NCBI GenBank assembly: GCA_028690055.1
Contig: JAQVBZ010000002.1
Coordinates: 29,978-93,977 of the forward strand
Direction: 5' to 3'
From: Minisyncoccota bacterium
GTDB lineage: Bacteria; Patescibacteriota; Minisyncoccia; JAHIHE01; JAGLIN01
Length of the DNA: 64,000 nucleotides
The translations under genes were made by a program, and so were the position numbers. The stretch's first letter is position 1. The number at the start of each line of letters is the position of its first letter. The notes under the pieces were generated by a model, which searched no databases, had not been told where the DNA came from, and saw only the letters and a program-made list of their open reading frames with translations. Below, piece by piece: positions 9,820 through 21,354 of this stretch.

Positions 9820-10737
9820 CTATAACCACTTCTTGTATTTGAAAAAGAAGAAAGAAAAAAGGCTGACACATACCATCATCAGCAGAATAAGTTCAAAACC
9901 GTGGTCTTGCTGCATAAAAGGCATACCCATGACGGTGTTCATTCCGAAGATGCTGGCGATGAGGGTGAGCGGGAGGACCATAACGGAGAAAGCGGTGAGG
10001 ATTTTCATCGTGTCGTTCAGGCGGTGGGAAAAAATGGATTCATTGGTCTGTTCCAGCGCCTCGATCATTTCTTTGTAATTTTCGAGTGTGTTCCATACCT
10101 TGATGTTGGAGCCGATGACCTCGGTAATCTCACGCCGATAGTCGTTGGGGGAAATCTTGGGCGTGAAATGGGATAAGCTCTCCAATACCGTGCGTTGCGG
10201 TTTCAGGGATTTGCGAAAGCCGATGACGTCATGTTTGACGTAGGCGATTTCTTGTAGGAGCTTTCTTTCATCACCGATAAACATTTTGGCCTCGATCTGG
10301 TCGATATGGTCGTCGATATGGTCGAGCATCGGCATACGGGTGTCTATGAGCTTATCCAATATGAGATAGAGCATACAGACTGCGTCTTTTTGCATATAAT
10401 AGTTTTTCACTTCTATCTCTTTCTCGCATTTATTAAAAACTCTTTTGAGTTCCGGCAGGTAACTGCAGTGGCTGGTAATCAAAGTATTGCGAAAAAGGAT
10501 CAAATCGAGTTCGGTCGAAGTGGTTGCGCGCGCTTCGGGATTAAAGATAGGGAAGTGAATAACAATAAAGAGATATTCACCGTAATCTTCCACTTTGGGG
10601 CGTTTGATACTGGGGATAAAATCCTTGAGGACATTCGGTGCGATATGATAATTCGCTTTCAGAAAATGCACCGAGCTCTTGTTGGGAGCAACGATATTTA
10701 CCCATGTGATATCTCCGTTTTTTATTTCCTTGATCAT
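9820..10737 (-). CDS. corA: CorA-family Mg2+/Co2+ transporter
   Basis: C-terminal two TM helices with a GMN motif (IFGMNTVMGMPF). 305 aa, typical CorA size. Confidence 0.85.
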   Translation of the reverse strand: MIKEIKNGDITWVNIVAPNKSSVHFLKANYHIAPNVLKDFIPSIKRPKVEDYGEYLFIVIHFPIFNPEARATTSTELDLILFRNTLITSHCSYLPELKRVFNKCEKEIEVKNYYMQKDAVCMLYLILDKLIDTRMPMLDHIDDHIDQIEAKMFIGDERKLLQEIAYVKHDVIGFRKSLKPQRTVLESLSHFTPKISPNDYRREITEVIGSNIKVWNTLENYKEMIEALEQTNESIFSHRLNDTMKILTAFSVMVLPLTLIASIFGMNTVMGMPFMQQDHGFELILLMMVCVSLFSFFFFKYKKWL

Positions 10738-11190
10738 TTTTGTTTCTATGATATTTATCTCGCATTAACTTGATTAGATTATAACCTTTTTGGATTTGAT
10801 TGACAAATGAAGCTTATATGTAAGCTGTCAATTTAGTCGTAACAAACAGGGACGCTTGCCGACCCATCGCACTCTTAACTTTTTATTCCAGCCAAAAGTT
10901 TCGATATGATGTATTTTGATTCCCCCATTGAGAGGGGTGGCGCCAACATAAGAATAGCGTTGTTGTCGCGCGAGGGGGGGCGGTCTGTGACTCATAACTT
11001 CAATATCACATAGCGATTGCGTTTATAGGACGTAAATCGTCAGTAATCAGCCGTTTAAACACATCCCCTCGCAACGTTATGACTAAAGTCATAACGGCTC
11101 TTTCCTCTCGGGAGGGGAATCTTTAAATTCGAACTCATTTGGAATTAAATATGTCATAGTAAGCGTAGGTGGGTTGGGTGGCACTTGTTC

Positions 11191-11218
11191 TTGACTTCAT
11201 TTTTAAAACTTATATAAT
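11191..11218 (+). promoter_or_regulatory. Sigma70-like promoter of the hrcA operon (TTGACT-16-TATAAT)
   Basis: TTGACT at 11191..11196, TATAAT at 11213..11218, immediately upstream of CIRCE. Confidence 0.55.
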
Positions 11219-11222
11219 GAGA

Positions 11223-11249
11223 TTAGCACTCTGGTAGGGCAAGTGCTAA
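11223..11249 (+). promoter_or_regulatory. CIRCE operator (HrcA binding site)
   Basis: TTAGCACTC-N9-AAGTGCTAA versus consensus TTAGCACTC-N9-GAGTGCTAA (1 mismatch), 19 nt upstream of the hrcA start. Confidence 0.9.
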
Positions 11250-11267
11250 TGAAGATTAAATATTTGT

Positions 11268-12041
11268 ATGACCGATAGGCAGGAAATAATTTTGGGGGCG
11301 ATTGTGCGGGAATATATCGACAGTGCGCTGGCGGTGAGTTCTTCGCTACTGGCTGAAAGATGTGATTTTGGTCTGAGCTCGGCTACGCTGCGCGCGGAGA
11401 TGATGGCACTGGAGGAAGAGGGGCATCTCTATCAACCACACACCTCGGCGGGCAGGATTCCTACCGACCGAGGATTCCGTTATTTCGTGGATAGATTGAT
11501 GGAAGAGAGGCCGCTCGGTCTGCGTGAGCAGAAGGCGCTTCAGGTGGAAGTCCTGAAACTCAAGGCGAAGAACAAGATGTTGGCGCGCCAGACGGCAAAA
11601 TTGCTTTCCACGATGTCGGACAGTTTGGCTTTGAGCGGGCTGATTGATTCCGAAGATTTTTATAAATCGGGTACGCAGAAGTTACTTTCCAAGCCGGAGT
11701 TCAATAATTTGGACAGCGTATGCAAGATGGCGGAAGTGCTTGACTATCTCGATGAGAATGTGGAAGATCTCTGGAAGCGGCTTGAAGGCAGTACTAACTC
11801 GGAGATATTTATCGGCAAAGAAGGTCCGATCGGAGGAGTTGATGAATGCAGCATGGTGGTTTCGCGCTACAATCTGGAAGGCGGGGAGCAGGGCATCTTG
11901 GCAATCATCGGTCCTAAAAGAATGAAATATTCGCGTAACGTTTCCATTATTGAGTATTTCAAAAAGCTCTTGGGCGGAAATCTGTCGGTTGTCGCGGCTA
12001 TTATCGTGGCACAGGATATATTTTATGAAATAAGATACTAA
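11268..12041 (+). CDS. hrcA: Heat-inducible transcription repressor HrcA
   Basis: N-terminal winged-helix region (ILGAIVREYIDSALAVSSSLLAE), adjacent CIRCE element, followed by grpE-dnaK. Confidence 0.9.
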   Translation: MTDRQEIILGAIVREYIDSALAVSSSLLAERCDFGLSSATLRAEMMALEEEGHLYQPHTSAGRIPTDRGFRYFVDRLMEERPLGLREQKALQVEVLKLKAKNKMLARQTAKLLSTMSDSLALSGLIDSEDFYKSGTQKLLSKPEFNNLDSVCKMAEVLDYLDENVEDLWKRLEGSTNSEIFIGKEGPIGGVDECSMVVSRYNLEGGEQGILAIIGPKRMKYSRNVSIIEYFKKLLGGNLSVVAAIIVAQDIFYEIRY

Positions 12042-12044
12042 TCT

Positions 12045-12572
12045 ATGGAAAATTCTAAAGATGAAATAAACGAGGAAGAGAAAGAGATAATAGAGGAGAT
12101 CGAAGATAAAGAGGTTCCGGAGCTGGGGGTACAGCTACAAGCCGCGGAAAAAATGGCGGAAGAAAACCTGGCGGGCTGGCAGAGGGCAAAAGCGGATTTT
12201 ATGAATTACAAGAGGGATCAGGAGAGGATGTTCGGAGATTTTCGTAAGTATGCCAATGAGGATATGATTATCGCACTCTTGCCGATAGTGGATAGCTTCG
12301 ATTTGGCGACCAAGCATCTTCCGGACGAGCTTAAAGATTCAGATTGGGTGAAGGGCGTTATCTGCATAAAAGGGATGTTCGAAAATTTCCTGAAAGAAGC
12401 GGGAGTGAGTGATATAAAAACGCTGGGAGAAAAATTCGATCCGAATATTTTTGAGGCGGTGGGAGAAGAAGAGACGGAAGCTGAATCGGGAACTGTAATC
12501 GAGGAAATGCAGAAAGGATATAAGATGGGAGAGAAAGTGATACGGGCAGCGAAGGTGAAAGTGGCAAAATAG
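12045..12572 (+). CDS. grpE: Nucleotide exchange factor GrpE
   Basis: GrpE signature DFMNYKRDQERM...LPIVDSFD; position between hrcA and dnaK. Confidence 0.9.
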   Translation: MENSKDEINEEEKEIIEEIEDKEVPELGVQLQAAEKMAEENLAGWQRAKADFMNYKRDQERMFGDFRKYANEDMIIALLPIVDSFDLATKHLPDELKDSDWVKGVICIKGMFENFLKEAGVSDIKTLGEKFDPNIFEAVGEEETEAESGTVIEEMQKGYKMGEKVIRAAKVKVAK

Positions 12573-12698
12573 CGAATAAACGCAATTTATGAAAAAACTA
12601 TTGTCGCAGAGTTTCAATGTGTCGACTGACGAAACAAGGCGATAGATGACAGAATTAATCAGATTATTTATTATAAATAAACAAATTAACATAAAATT

Positions 12699-12890
12699 AT
12701 GTCAAAATTATACAAATGTGCAAAAGGATGTGGAAGCATCGAAGAGACCGATGAGAAGCAGATCCCAGCTTGCTGTGGAGTCGATATGGTGGAAATCTCC
12801 GAAGACGAGGTCTTTGGATGTGGCGGTTGCTGTTCTTGTTGTGGCGGATGTGGAACGGGGGAAGATGAAGATGTTAAAGATAAGAAGTAG
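12699..12890 (+). CDS. Small Cys-rich protein (13 Cys in 63 aa): desulforedoxin-like N-terminus plus a CGGCCSCCGGCG tail
   Basis: LYKCAKGCGSIEE...PACCGVDMVEI matches the desulforedoxin Fe(Cys)4 motif (VYKCELCGQVVKV...LVCCGEDMVK). No obvious SD sequence. It sits between grpE and dnaK. Confidence 0.5.
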   Translation: MSKLYKCAKGCGSIEETDEKQIPACCGVDMVEISEDEVFGCGGCCSCCGGCGTGEDEDVKDKK

Positions 12891-12945
12891 CAGGTTGGTT
12901 CATATCATATCATAACAAAGAATGCGAATAGGTTTGACGGGCAAT

Positions 12946-12992
12946 TATTCTCCCTCACACTAGCTCTCTCCCAGTAGGAGGGGAGGGCGAGA
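12946..12992. repeat. Family-3 repeat (degenerate copy)
   Basis: ttctccctcacactagCTCTCTCCCagtaGGAGGGGAGggcgag. Confidence 0.5.
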
Positions 12993-13099
12993 TAATATTT
13001 GATTGATCATTATCTTTGAATCGGTATCGCATCATAATGGCTGGGCGAATTAAGAAATAATTGCATAACAATAATTAAAAAATAAGAAAGGAGAACTAA

Positions 13100-15022
<1,923 letters not shown>

Positions 15023-15064
15023 TTTTTCTGTGTCGGGTTAAAATATATTGTTTTGTATCCTGTA

Positions 15065-15092
15065 GAGACGCGATTTATCGCGTCTCTTTTGT
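15065..15092 (+). terminator. Rho-independent terminator after dnaK (GTAG + AGAGACGCGAT-tt-ATCGCGTCTCT + TTTT)
   Basis: Perfect 11-bp stem and T-run. The same hairpin sequence recurs as an inverted pair at 26225..26314. Confidence 0.75.
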
Positions 15093-15115
15093 AGTCGTCG
15101 ATCATTTTGTCGCAT

Positions 15116-15141
15116 GGAGTAGCGAGCTTTAGCCTACGCGG
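15116..15141 (+). repeat. Single REP-like unit GGAGTAGCGAGCTTTAGCCTACGCGG
   Basis: Shares the GGAGTAGC leader and GCG tail with the doublets; the hairpin is degenerate. An unrelated long hairpin follows at 15171..15230. Confidence 0.4.
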
Positions 15142-15685
15142 TCCGACCTCTAAGTCGAATTTGGATTACACTGGAAATGGTACGGATGCCGCGCGGAAAC
15201 GTTCTATAGCGTATCTCGTACCATTTCTGGTGTGATACGAAATGTCGAGAAAAAAGTTCTCTTCCTGTGAATCTTAATAAGCACGAAAAATACCTCCGCC
15301 ATCTTTCTCGGAAAAGTAAAACAGCGAGGGTATTTTTTGTATGTTTTTAGAACACTAAGATAGGATAAAATCGATAGTCGACTCAAACCATCCGTTTTCA
15401 GTGCCAGCGCGTAAAAATCCCAGGATTAGGAGGATTATCAATATATTTATAAAGCGGAGGGCGATTTTTTGTGAATCAGGCCGTCCCTGATACGCTGATT
15501 TTCTTATTCCTGCCATTTTTTCTAATTTATAGTGTATTACTTTACTCTTAATATACCGTAAAAATGCGGTATTGACAAGTTCACGATTTATGATAAAGTA
15601 TGAGTAAAGTTACTCTTCAAAAAAATGGTCTCCTAAATATAGGAAATAGGAGAAAAAACGGGGGAAGGGAAATTTAGAAATAAAA

Positions 15686-16093
15686 GTGAAGGTGAAGAAT
15701 ATGGATAAAAAGATTAGAATTGTTCGTACGAAGAAAGAAATCGAGAAAGACGAATTTGCCTCATTGAGATGGAGTCTTCTTTTGCCTAATGTTAGGAAAA
15801 TCGAAGAACAAGAAGCGGTGATTGCAAAATTCTCCCGCCACTCTCTTTCAACAGAGAAGAAACAAGAGCCTCTACCTACTTCGGAGGCTACCAATTTATT
15901 TAAGTGGATTCAATTTTCTAATAATCCTGCGGGGAGCACTGCTCCTACGCTAAAAGAGCTTGAGAGAAAGAAACTGAGTCTTCTTAGAGAGTCGGTGCTT
16001 CTAACTTGCACCGAGGATAGGATAGAAGAGATAGTGGTAGAGGTCGATCATATAGATAAAGTGTTGGGCAACTTTGTCTCTTTGCGTCCATAA
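15686..16093 (+). CDS. Hypothetical protein. Likely start is the ATG at 15701 (MDKKIRIV) with a GGTGA RBS.
   Basis: ORF from the track. No recognisable domain. Confidence 0.4.
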   Translation: MKVKNMDKKIRIVRTKKEIEKDEFASLRWSLLLPNVRKIEEQEAVIAKFSRHSLSTEKKQEPLPTSEATNLFKWIQFSNNPAGSTAPTLKELERKKLSLLRESVLLTCTEDRIEEIVVEVDHIDKVLGNFVSLRP

Positions 16094-16580
16094 TTTTTAT
16101 TGATGTTTAAAAATTTCCAGGAAATAGTTTGTTCAAACGGACAATAACCGTATTGCAAGCTATTTCCTGTGAGCATTTTTTTTGAATTAAGTCGTGTTTT
16201 AGCATAAACGCATTTTGGGGTGTGTTTTTTTGTTTGTTTGGAAGATATTTTGGGGTATTATAAGCTTAGATTTCAAAAACTCTTCCTGGAATCGTTCAGT
16301 CACCGTTTTCTGCCATAAACCCTCATTTTGTTATTTTGTAAGAATCTTCTGATAACTATCCGGTCTTGAAATGCAATTATAGCTGAATATTTTATTGCAG
16401 GGGGTATATGGAAGCTTATTCTCGGTCTGATCGGGGAATGATAGGATACGAACATTTATATGGGAGAGTGGATTTAGAGGGTTGATGAGGCATAGTTTTG
16501 AGATTCACGTATTGTAAATTTTGACAGTTTGACAGTTTTTTGATATGGTTTTAATGACATTGTAAATAAAAAAAGAAGAA

Positions 16581-16772
16581 TTGTTAAGAGGTATTAAATT
16601 GGTAAATGATATAATACCAGTTCTTGAAAGCGGCAGAGTAATCGCATATGAGAATGGAAAAGGGGATATAATCGAAAAAAAAGAAGATATAGAAAAATAC
16701 ATTTTTTTGGGCATAAATATCGATTCTGTTGAGCCTAGGACTGTATTTAACGGTGAAGATGGGGAAGAGTAA
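16581..16772 (+). CDS. Hypothetical small protein, 63 aa
   Basis: ORF only; weak support. Confidence 0.2.
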   Translation: MLRGIKLVNDIIPVLESGRVIAYENGKGDIIEKKEDIEKYIFLGINIDSVEPRTVFNGEDGEE

Positions 16773-16833
16773 AAACAGGCTAAAGATTAAAAAACGGAAA
16801 AAACGTTTTTCTTTTTTTGTCTCCAAAAACCGT

Positions 16834-16861
16834 TTGACATTCGCTTCATATTTGCTACAAT
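16834..16861 (+). promoter_or_regulatory. Sigma70-like promoter (TTGACA-16-TACAAT) upstream of the AbrB-like/efflux cluster
   Basis: TTGACA at 16834..16839, TACAAT at 16856..16861. Confidence 0.45.
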
Positions 16862-16911
16862 AAATCTGCAATCTTACATTTCCTACATATAGGATTTTAA
16901 TTCAAAAGTTT

Positions 16912-17160
16912 ATGAAAATGGTTAATCTAAATAAATCGTTTTATGGCATGACCACTTTGGGAGAGAAGGGGCAGATAGTGGTGCCGGCGGAGGCGCGCAA
17001 AGCTATGAAATTGGAAAAAGGGGAGAAGCTTCTGGTTTTCAGTATGGACGAAGACATCTTGATTTTGGCTAAGACTACCGGTTTGGAGAAATTTGCTTCT
17101 CATCTTGCGGAAAAGTTGAAGGATGTCAATGAAGTTATAAAAAATAAGAAGATTAAATAA
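16912..17160 (+). CDS. AbrB/MazE/SpoVT-family DNA-binding protein
   Basis: GQIVVPAEARKAMKLEKGEKLLV is the swapped-hairpin beta-barrel motif of AbrB/MazE. 82 aa. 12 nt upstream of the MFP gene. Confidence 0.7.
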   Translation: MKMVNLNKSFYGMTTLGEKGQIVVPAEARKAMKLEKGEKLLVFSMDEDILILAKTTGLEKFASHLAEKLKDVNEVIKNKKIK

Positions 17161-17171
17161 ACCATAAAGAT

Positions 17172-19013
17172 ATGAAAAATAGAACTAAACTTATTATCCT
17201 CGTTGTGATTCTGTCAGTGGCGGCATATATCGGATATAACTCTACCAAACAAACGCCGCTTAATTACACCGGCGCCAAGGTGGAACGGGGGGACGTTGTG
17301 CAAACTGTCTCAGCGACAGGTACGGTTGAGGCTGCGAAGAAAATCGATTTGAAGTTTATGAGTTCCGAGAAGATCAAGGAAATCAACGTCAAAGTCGGAG
17401 ATGAAGTAAAGGAAGGCGATATTTTGGCAAAATTGGATACTTCGAAATTGGATTCACAGCTTTTACAGGCGCAAGCATCTCTTGTGGCGGCGCAGGCCAA
17501 TCTGCAGACGGTTCTGAACGGATCGACCGACGAGCAGGTCAAGTCGGCAGTGACAACCGTAGATAATGCGGAGGTGGCCCTTCTGAGCGCCAAGCAGAGT
17601 CTGGAGGATACAAAAGCTTCCGCGCAAGAAGATATTGCCAGTGCGGAATTTTCATTGAAAAGCGCAAAAGTTTCTCTTGCCAGTGCCAATGCAAGTTTGG
17701 CGAACGTAAAAATTTCTAATGATAATAGTTTAAACAATGTCTATGAGGCGGCTTGGGACGGGGTGACTTCGGCTTTGGCGGTTTGTGACGACGCCTTAAA
17801 TACAAACACGACCGTTCTGGAAGATGATGATGCCAGTAATACCCTAGGTGTTTTGAATTCTCAATCTTTGCGTATTGCCGAAATCAGTGAATACGCGGCC
17901 CGAAGTTCTTATGATTCTGCCTTGGATTTTAAGATTGGCAATGCTTCCGGTCGTACGGAGACAACTATCGACGAGGCGATAACCAAGACTCAAGATGCTT
18001 TAGAAAAGACAAGGGTGACCCTTTCTGACACTTATTCGGTTTTGCAAGCGACGATCACTTCCTCGGATTTGACTCAAGCGGAATTGGACGCGCTCAAGGC
18101 GAATATTTCCGGCAGCAGGTCGAGTATTAATACTGCAATTGCCACGTTGACAAACAAAAAACAAGCGATTTCTACTCAGAAGACTGCGAATCAAACCAGT
18201 CTAACAAGTGCGGAGTCGGCCGTAAATTCGGCAAATAGTGCGGTTGCTGTTTCTGAAAGTAGTCTTTCTTCCGTAAAGTCATCGGCAGTTTCTAGAATCA
18301 ACAGTTCTCAAAATGCGGTCTATGCGAGCGAAGGAAGTCTGAGACAGGCGCAGGATAATTTAAATCAGGTGAGTGCTCGACCCGAGTCCTCCAAGATTAC
18401 GGCTTCAAGGGCGCAGGTGAATCAGGCGCGAGCTAGTGTGGATTTAATAAATAATCAGATGAACGATATGATTCTGATCGTTCCGCACGCTGGAATAGTA
18501 ACGGCGGTGAACGGAGAAGTGGGGGAGCTTGTTTCGGCATCTGTGCCTTTCGTGTCAATCATCATTTCCAATGGCTTTGAAATCAAGGCAAACATCTCAG
18601 AAGTGGAGATCTCGAAAATCAAAGTAGGCGATGAAGTGGATATCACTTTCGATGCCTTGGGAATGGATCAGGTGTTTAAAGGCGAAATCAGTGAAATTGA
18701 TCCGGCGGAGACAATTGTCTCGGGTGTTATTTACTATAAAGTCACAACACTGTTTGTGGGTGATGGCGAAATCATCAAGTCAGGCATGACCGCGAATCTG
18801 GATATTATGACAGCGAAGAAAGAAAATGTCTTGAAGATTCCATTCCAGGCACTCAAAGAAAAGGACGGGAATAAATATGTGCAGGTGGTAGTCGATAATA
18901 AAGTACAGGAGATCTCAGTTGAAGTCGGACTAAAAGGCGATTCAGATTATGAGATTATCGGAGGGGTCACAGAAGGACGAGAAGTCGTAACGTTCTTGGA
19001 GGAAACAGAATAA
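17172..19013 (+). CDS. HlyD/MacA-family periplasmic adaptor (membrane fusion protein) with an unusually long S/T/A/N-rich coiled-coil insertion
   Basis: N-terminal TM anchor, lipoyl/beta-barrel motifs (VGDEVKEGDILAKLD; ANISEVEISKIKVGDEVDITFDA). 613 aa versus about 370 aa for MacA. Confidence 0.8.
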   Translation: MKNRTKLIILVVILSVAAYIGYNSTKQTPLNYTGAKVERGDVVQTVSATGTVEAAKKIDLKFMSSEKIKEINVKVGDEVKEGDILAKLDTSKLDSQLLQAQASLVAAQANLQTVLNGSTDEQVKSAVTTVDNAEVALLSAKQSLEDTKASAQEDIASAEFSLKSAKVSLASANASLANVKISNDNSLNNVYEAAWDGVTSALAVCDDALNTNTTVLEDDDASNTLGVLNSQSLRIAEISEYAARSSYDSALDFKIGNASGRTETTIDEAITKTQDALEKTRVTLSDTYSVLQATITSSDLTQAELDALKANISGSRSSINTAIATLTNKKQAISTQKTANQTSLTSAESAVNSANSAVAVSESSLSSVKSSAVSRINSSQNAVYASEGSLRQAQDNLNQVSARPESSKITASRAQVNQARASVDLINNQMNDMILIVPHAGIVTAVNGEVGELVSASVPFVSIIISNGFEIKANISEVEISKIKVGDEVDITFDALGMDQVFKGEISEIDPAETIVSGVIYYKVTTLFVGDGEIIKSGMTANLDIMTAKKENVLKIPFQALKEKDGNKYVQVVVDNKVQEISVEVGLKGDSDYEIIGGVTEGREVVTFLEETE

Positions 19014-19051
19014 TTAACCCCAAGGACTTCGTTGCTCGCATAAAATATTTT

Positions 19052-19203
19052 TTGTCATCCCGAAAATCGTACTCGGTTGAGGGATCTGGGAAATACAAGA
19101 AGTCTGCAAAAATGTTATCTTACTGACAAAATTTCCTACTCGCATCGTACCCTTCCTAGATTCCTCAATCGCAGTAGCTCATTTCGGAATGACAAAACCG
19201 GAG
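19052..19203. repeat. Family-2 MITE-like element inside the efflux operon (TIR ttGTCATCCCGAAA ... TTTCGGAATGACaa)
   Basis: Terminal inverted repeats plus inner inverted repeat cggttgagggatc / gattcctcaatcg. Lies between the MFP and ATPase genes. Confidence 0.55.
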
Positions 19204-19228
19204 GGTCTCTGTAGCAATAAGATTTCTA

Positions 19229-19966
19229 ATGAAACAATATATGTCTATCCTTATAAAAGTTGAAGATGTCAAAAAGACTTTCCAAAGCGGTGAGCTTGAG
19301 ACGCAGATTATCAAAGGAGTGTCTTTTGGAATCGAGGAGGGGGATTTTGTGGCGATTATGGGATCTTCAGGAAGCGGGAAATCGACATTGATGTATATTC
19401 TCGGACTTTTAGATAAGCCTACCTCTGGTAAATATTATTTCGAGGGGTTGGATACGGGTGAGCTGGATGACGATAAATTGGCAGAATTTCGCAGTGAGAA
19501 AATCGGTTTTATATTCCAATCTTATAACCTTTTGGAGCGGACATCAGTGATGGACAACGTTCTTTTGCCGGCGACCTATCTTGATAATGGCGATATAAAC
19601 AAAGCGAAAAAAAAGGCGAAAGAGCTTTTGGAGAGGGTGGGGTTGGGACATCGTCTTGAATACAGCCCGAATAAGCTCTCGGGAGGAGAACAGCAGCGTG
19701 TGGCAATTGTCAGGTCGCTTATCAATAATCCGAAGCTTATTTTGGCGGACGAGCCGACGGGAAATCTGGATAGTAAATCAGGCAGGGAGATTATGGAGAT
19801 TTTGCAGAACTTGAACGATGATGGAGTGACTATTATAATGGTTACCCATGAGCAGCAGACGGCAGAATGTGCGAAAAGGATTCTGACCATAAAAGACGGG
19901 CTTATTTTGGAGGACAAAAGGAACGGACACAAGAGATTGGCATCCGGCGGAGAGTATAATAAATAG
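19229..19966 (+). CDS. ABC transporter ATP-binding protein, MacB/LolD/FtsE type
   Basis: Walker A GSSGSGKST, signature LSGGEQQRVAIVRSL, Walker B ILADEPTGNLD. Confidence 0.9.
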   Translation: MKQYMSILIKVEDVKKTFQSGELETQIIKGVSFGIEEGDFVAIMGSSGSGKSTLMYILGLLDKPTSGKYYFEGLDTGELDDDKLAEFRSEKIGFIFQSYNLLERTSVMDNVLLPATYLDNGDINKAKKKAKELLERVGLGHRLEYSPNKLSGGEQQRVAIVRSLINNPKLILADEPTGNLDSKSGREIMEILQNLNDDGVTIIMVTHEQQTAECAKRILTIKDGLILEDKRNGHKRLASGGEYNK

Positions 19967-19969
19967 TTT

Positions 19970-21202
19970 ATGAATACGAAATTTACCGTTAAATTTGCTT
20001 GGAAAAATATTATTGCCAACAAAAGGCGATCATTTTTGACAATGCTCGGAATGATTATCGGCGTGGGGTCGGTAATTGCGATTATGGCAATCGGTGCAGG
20101 TGCTGAGAGCTATGTCTTTTCTCAGCTGGAGGTTTTTGGTGGTAATCTGGTGGGCGTGACACCGGGAGCGAGCGAGGAGGATGGTCCGCCGGCTTCGGTT
20201 TTCGGTGTAGTGATTACGACACTTACCTATGAAGATGCAAAAGAAATCGGTAAAATTAATCATATTATGGCGGTGACGCCTTATGCGAATGGTAATACAA
20301 AAGTGAGCTATCGCGATAAGGCAAAAAACGTCGATTTTTCCGGAGTGACCTCGGACTTTTTGGAAGTAGAGAATTCTAAAATCGAGAAGGGGAGATTTAT
20401 CCTGGAGGATGAAAATGACAGCGTGGCAAGGAACGCGGTCTTGGGAAACGGAATTGCCAGAGATTTGTTTGAAGATGAAGACCCTCTGGGCAAGAAGATA
20501 AAGATAGGACAGGAGAGTTTCTCTGTGGTGGGGGTCCTGACCAAGAAGGGCTCATCGCTTCTTTCCAATCAGGATGAACAGATTTATGTTCCAGCCCGTA
20601 CGGCGCAGAAAGTTTTACTCGGGATAAATCATATTTCTATCTTGCGCGCCAAGGTTGATGAGGAGAAAAATATTGCTCCGGTAATCGCAGAGATGCAATC
20701 CATTCTGCGTAATCAACACGGCATTAAAACGGGAATGAACGATGATTTCTCGGTACGAAGTATGAGTCAGGCTTTGGATATCATCGGGACAGTGACGGGT
20801 GCAATCAGTGTTTTCTTGGGTGCGATTGCGGCTATTTCTCTTTTGGTGGGAGGTGTCGGTATTATGAATATCATGTTGGTGGCGGTGACCGAAAGAACTC
20901 GGGAAATCGGGCTTCGAAAGGCGATAGGTGCGAAAAGAAAAGATATAATTATGCAATTTCTGACAGAGGCGGTGATGCTGACTTTCATTGGCGCCGTGAT
21001 AGGGATTATCGGTGGTTCTGTTTTTTCGTATATCGTGGCGACGGTGGTCAGTGCCGTTGGTTATCATTGGGAATTGATTATCACCTTGAACTCGGTATTG
21101 CTTTCCGTTTCGGTTGCGGCGATTATCGGACTTGTATTTGGGATTTATCCCGCATATAAAGCGGCGAAATTAAATGCGATTGAATCGCTGCGGTATGAAT
21201 AG
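19970..21202 (+). CDS. ABC transporter permease, FtsX/MacB family
   Basis: N-terminal TM, large periplasmic MacB-PCD-like domain, C-terminal FtsX 3-TM domain. 410 aa. Confidence 0.85.
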   Translation: MNTKFTVKFAWKNIIANKRRSFLTMLGMIIGVGSVIAIMAIGAGAESYVFSQLEVFGGNLVGVTPGASEEDGPPASVFGVVITTLTYEDAKEIGKINHIMAVTPYANGNTKVSYRDKAKNVDFSGVTSDFLEVENSKIEKGRFILEDENDSVARNAVLGNGIARDLFEDEDPLGKKIKIGQESFSVVGVLTKKGSSLLSNQDEQIYVPARTAQKVLLGINHISILRAKVDEEKNIAPVIAEMQSILRNQHGIKTGMNDDFSVRSMSQALDIIGTVTGAISVFLGAIAAISLLVGGVGIMNIMLVAVTERTREIGLRKAIGAKRKDIIMQFLTEAVMLTFIGAVIGIIGGSVFSYIVATVVSAVGYHWELIITLNSVLLSVSVAAIIGLVFGIYPAYKAAKLNAIESLRYE

Positions 21203-21227
21203 GGATGATTAATGAGATATAAATAAT

Positions 21228-21316
21228 GTGTCATTCTGAACGCAGTGTAACGGAGCGAATAATCCCGTCACTACGTGGGACATGGCGGGATTCTTCGGGG
21301 TACCTCAGAATGACAG
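21228..21316. repeat. Family-2 MITE-like element between the two permease genes (GTGTCATTCTGAA ... CCTCAGAATGACAG)
   Basis: TIRs plus an internal CCCGTCACTACGTGGGAC hairpin; the right half matches 47794..47836. Confidence 0.55.
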
Positions 21317-21354
21317 GTAAAATAAAAAAGTAATTGTTAATATTTGAATAGCAT

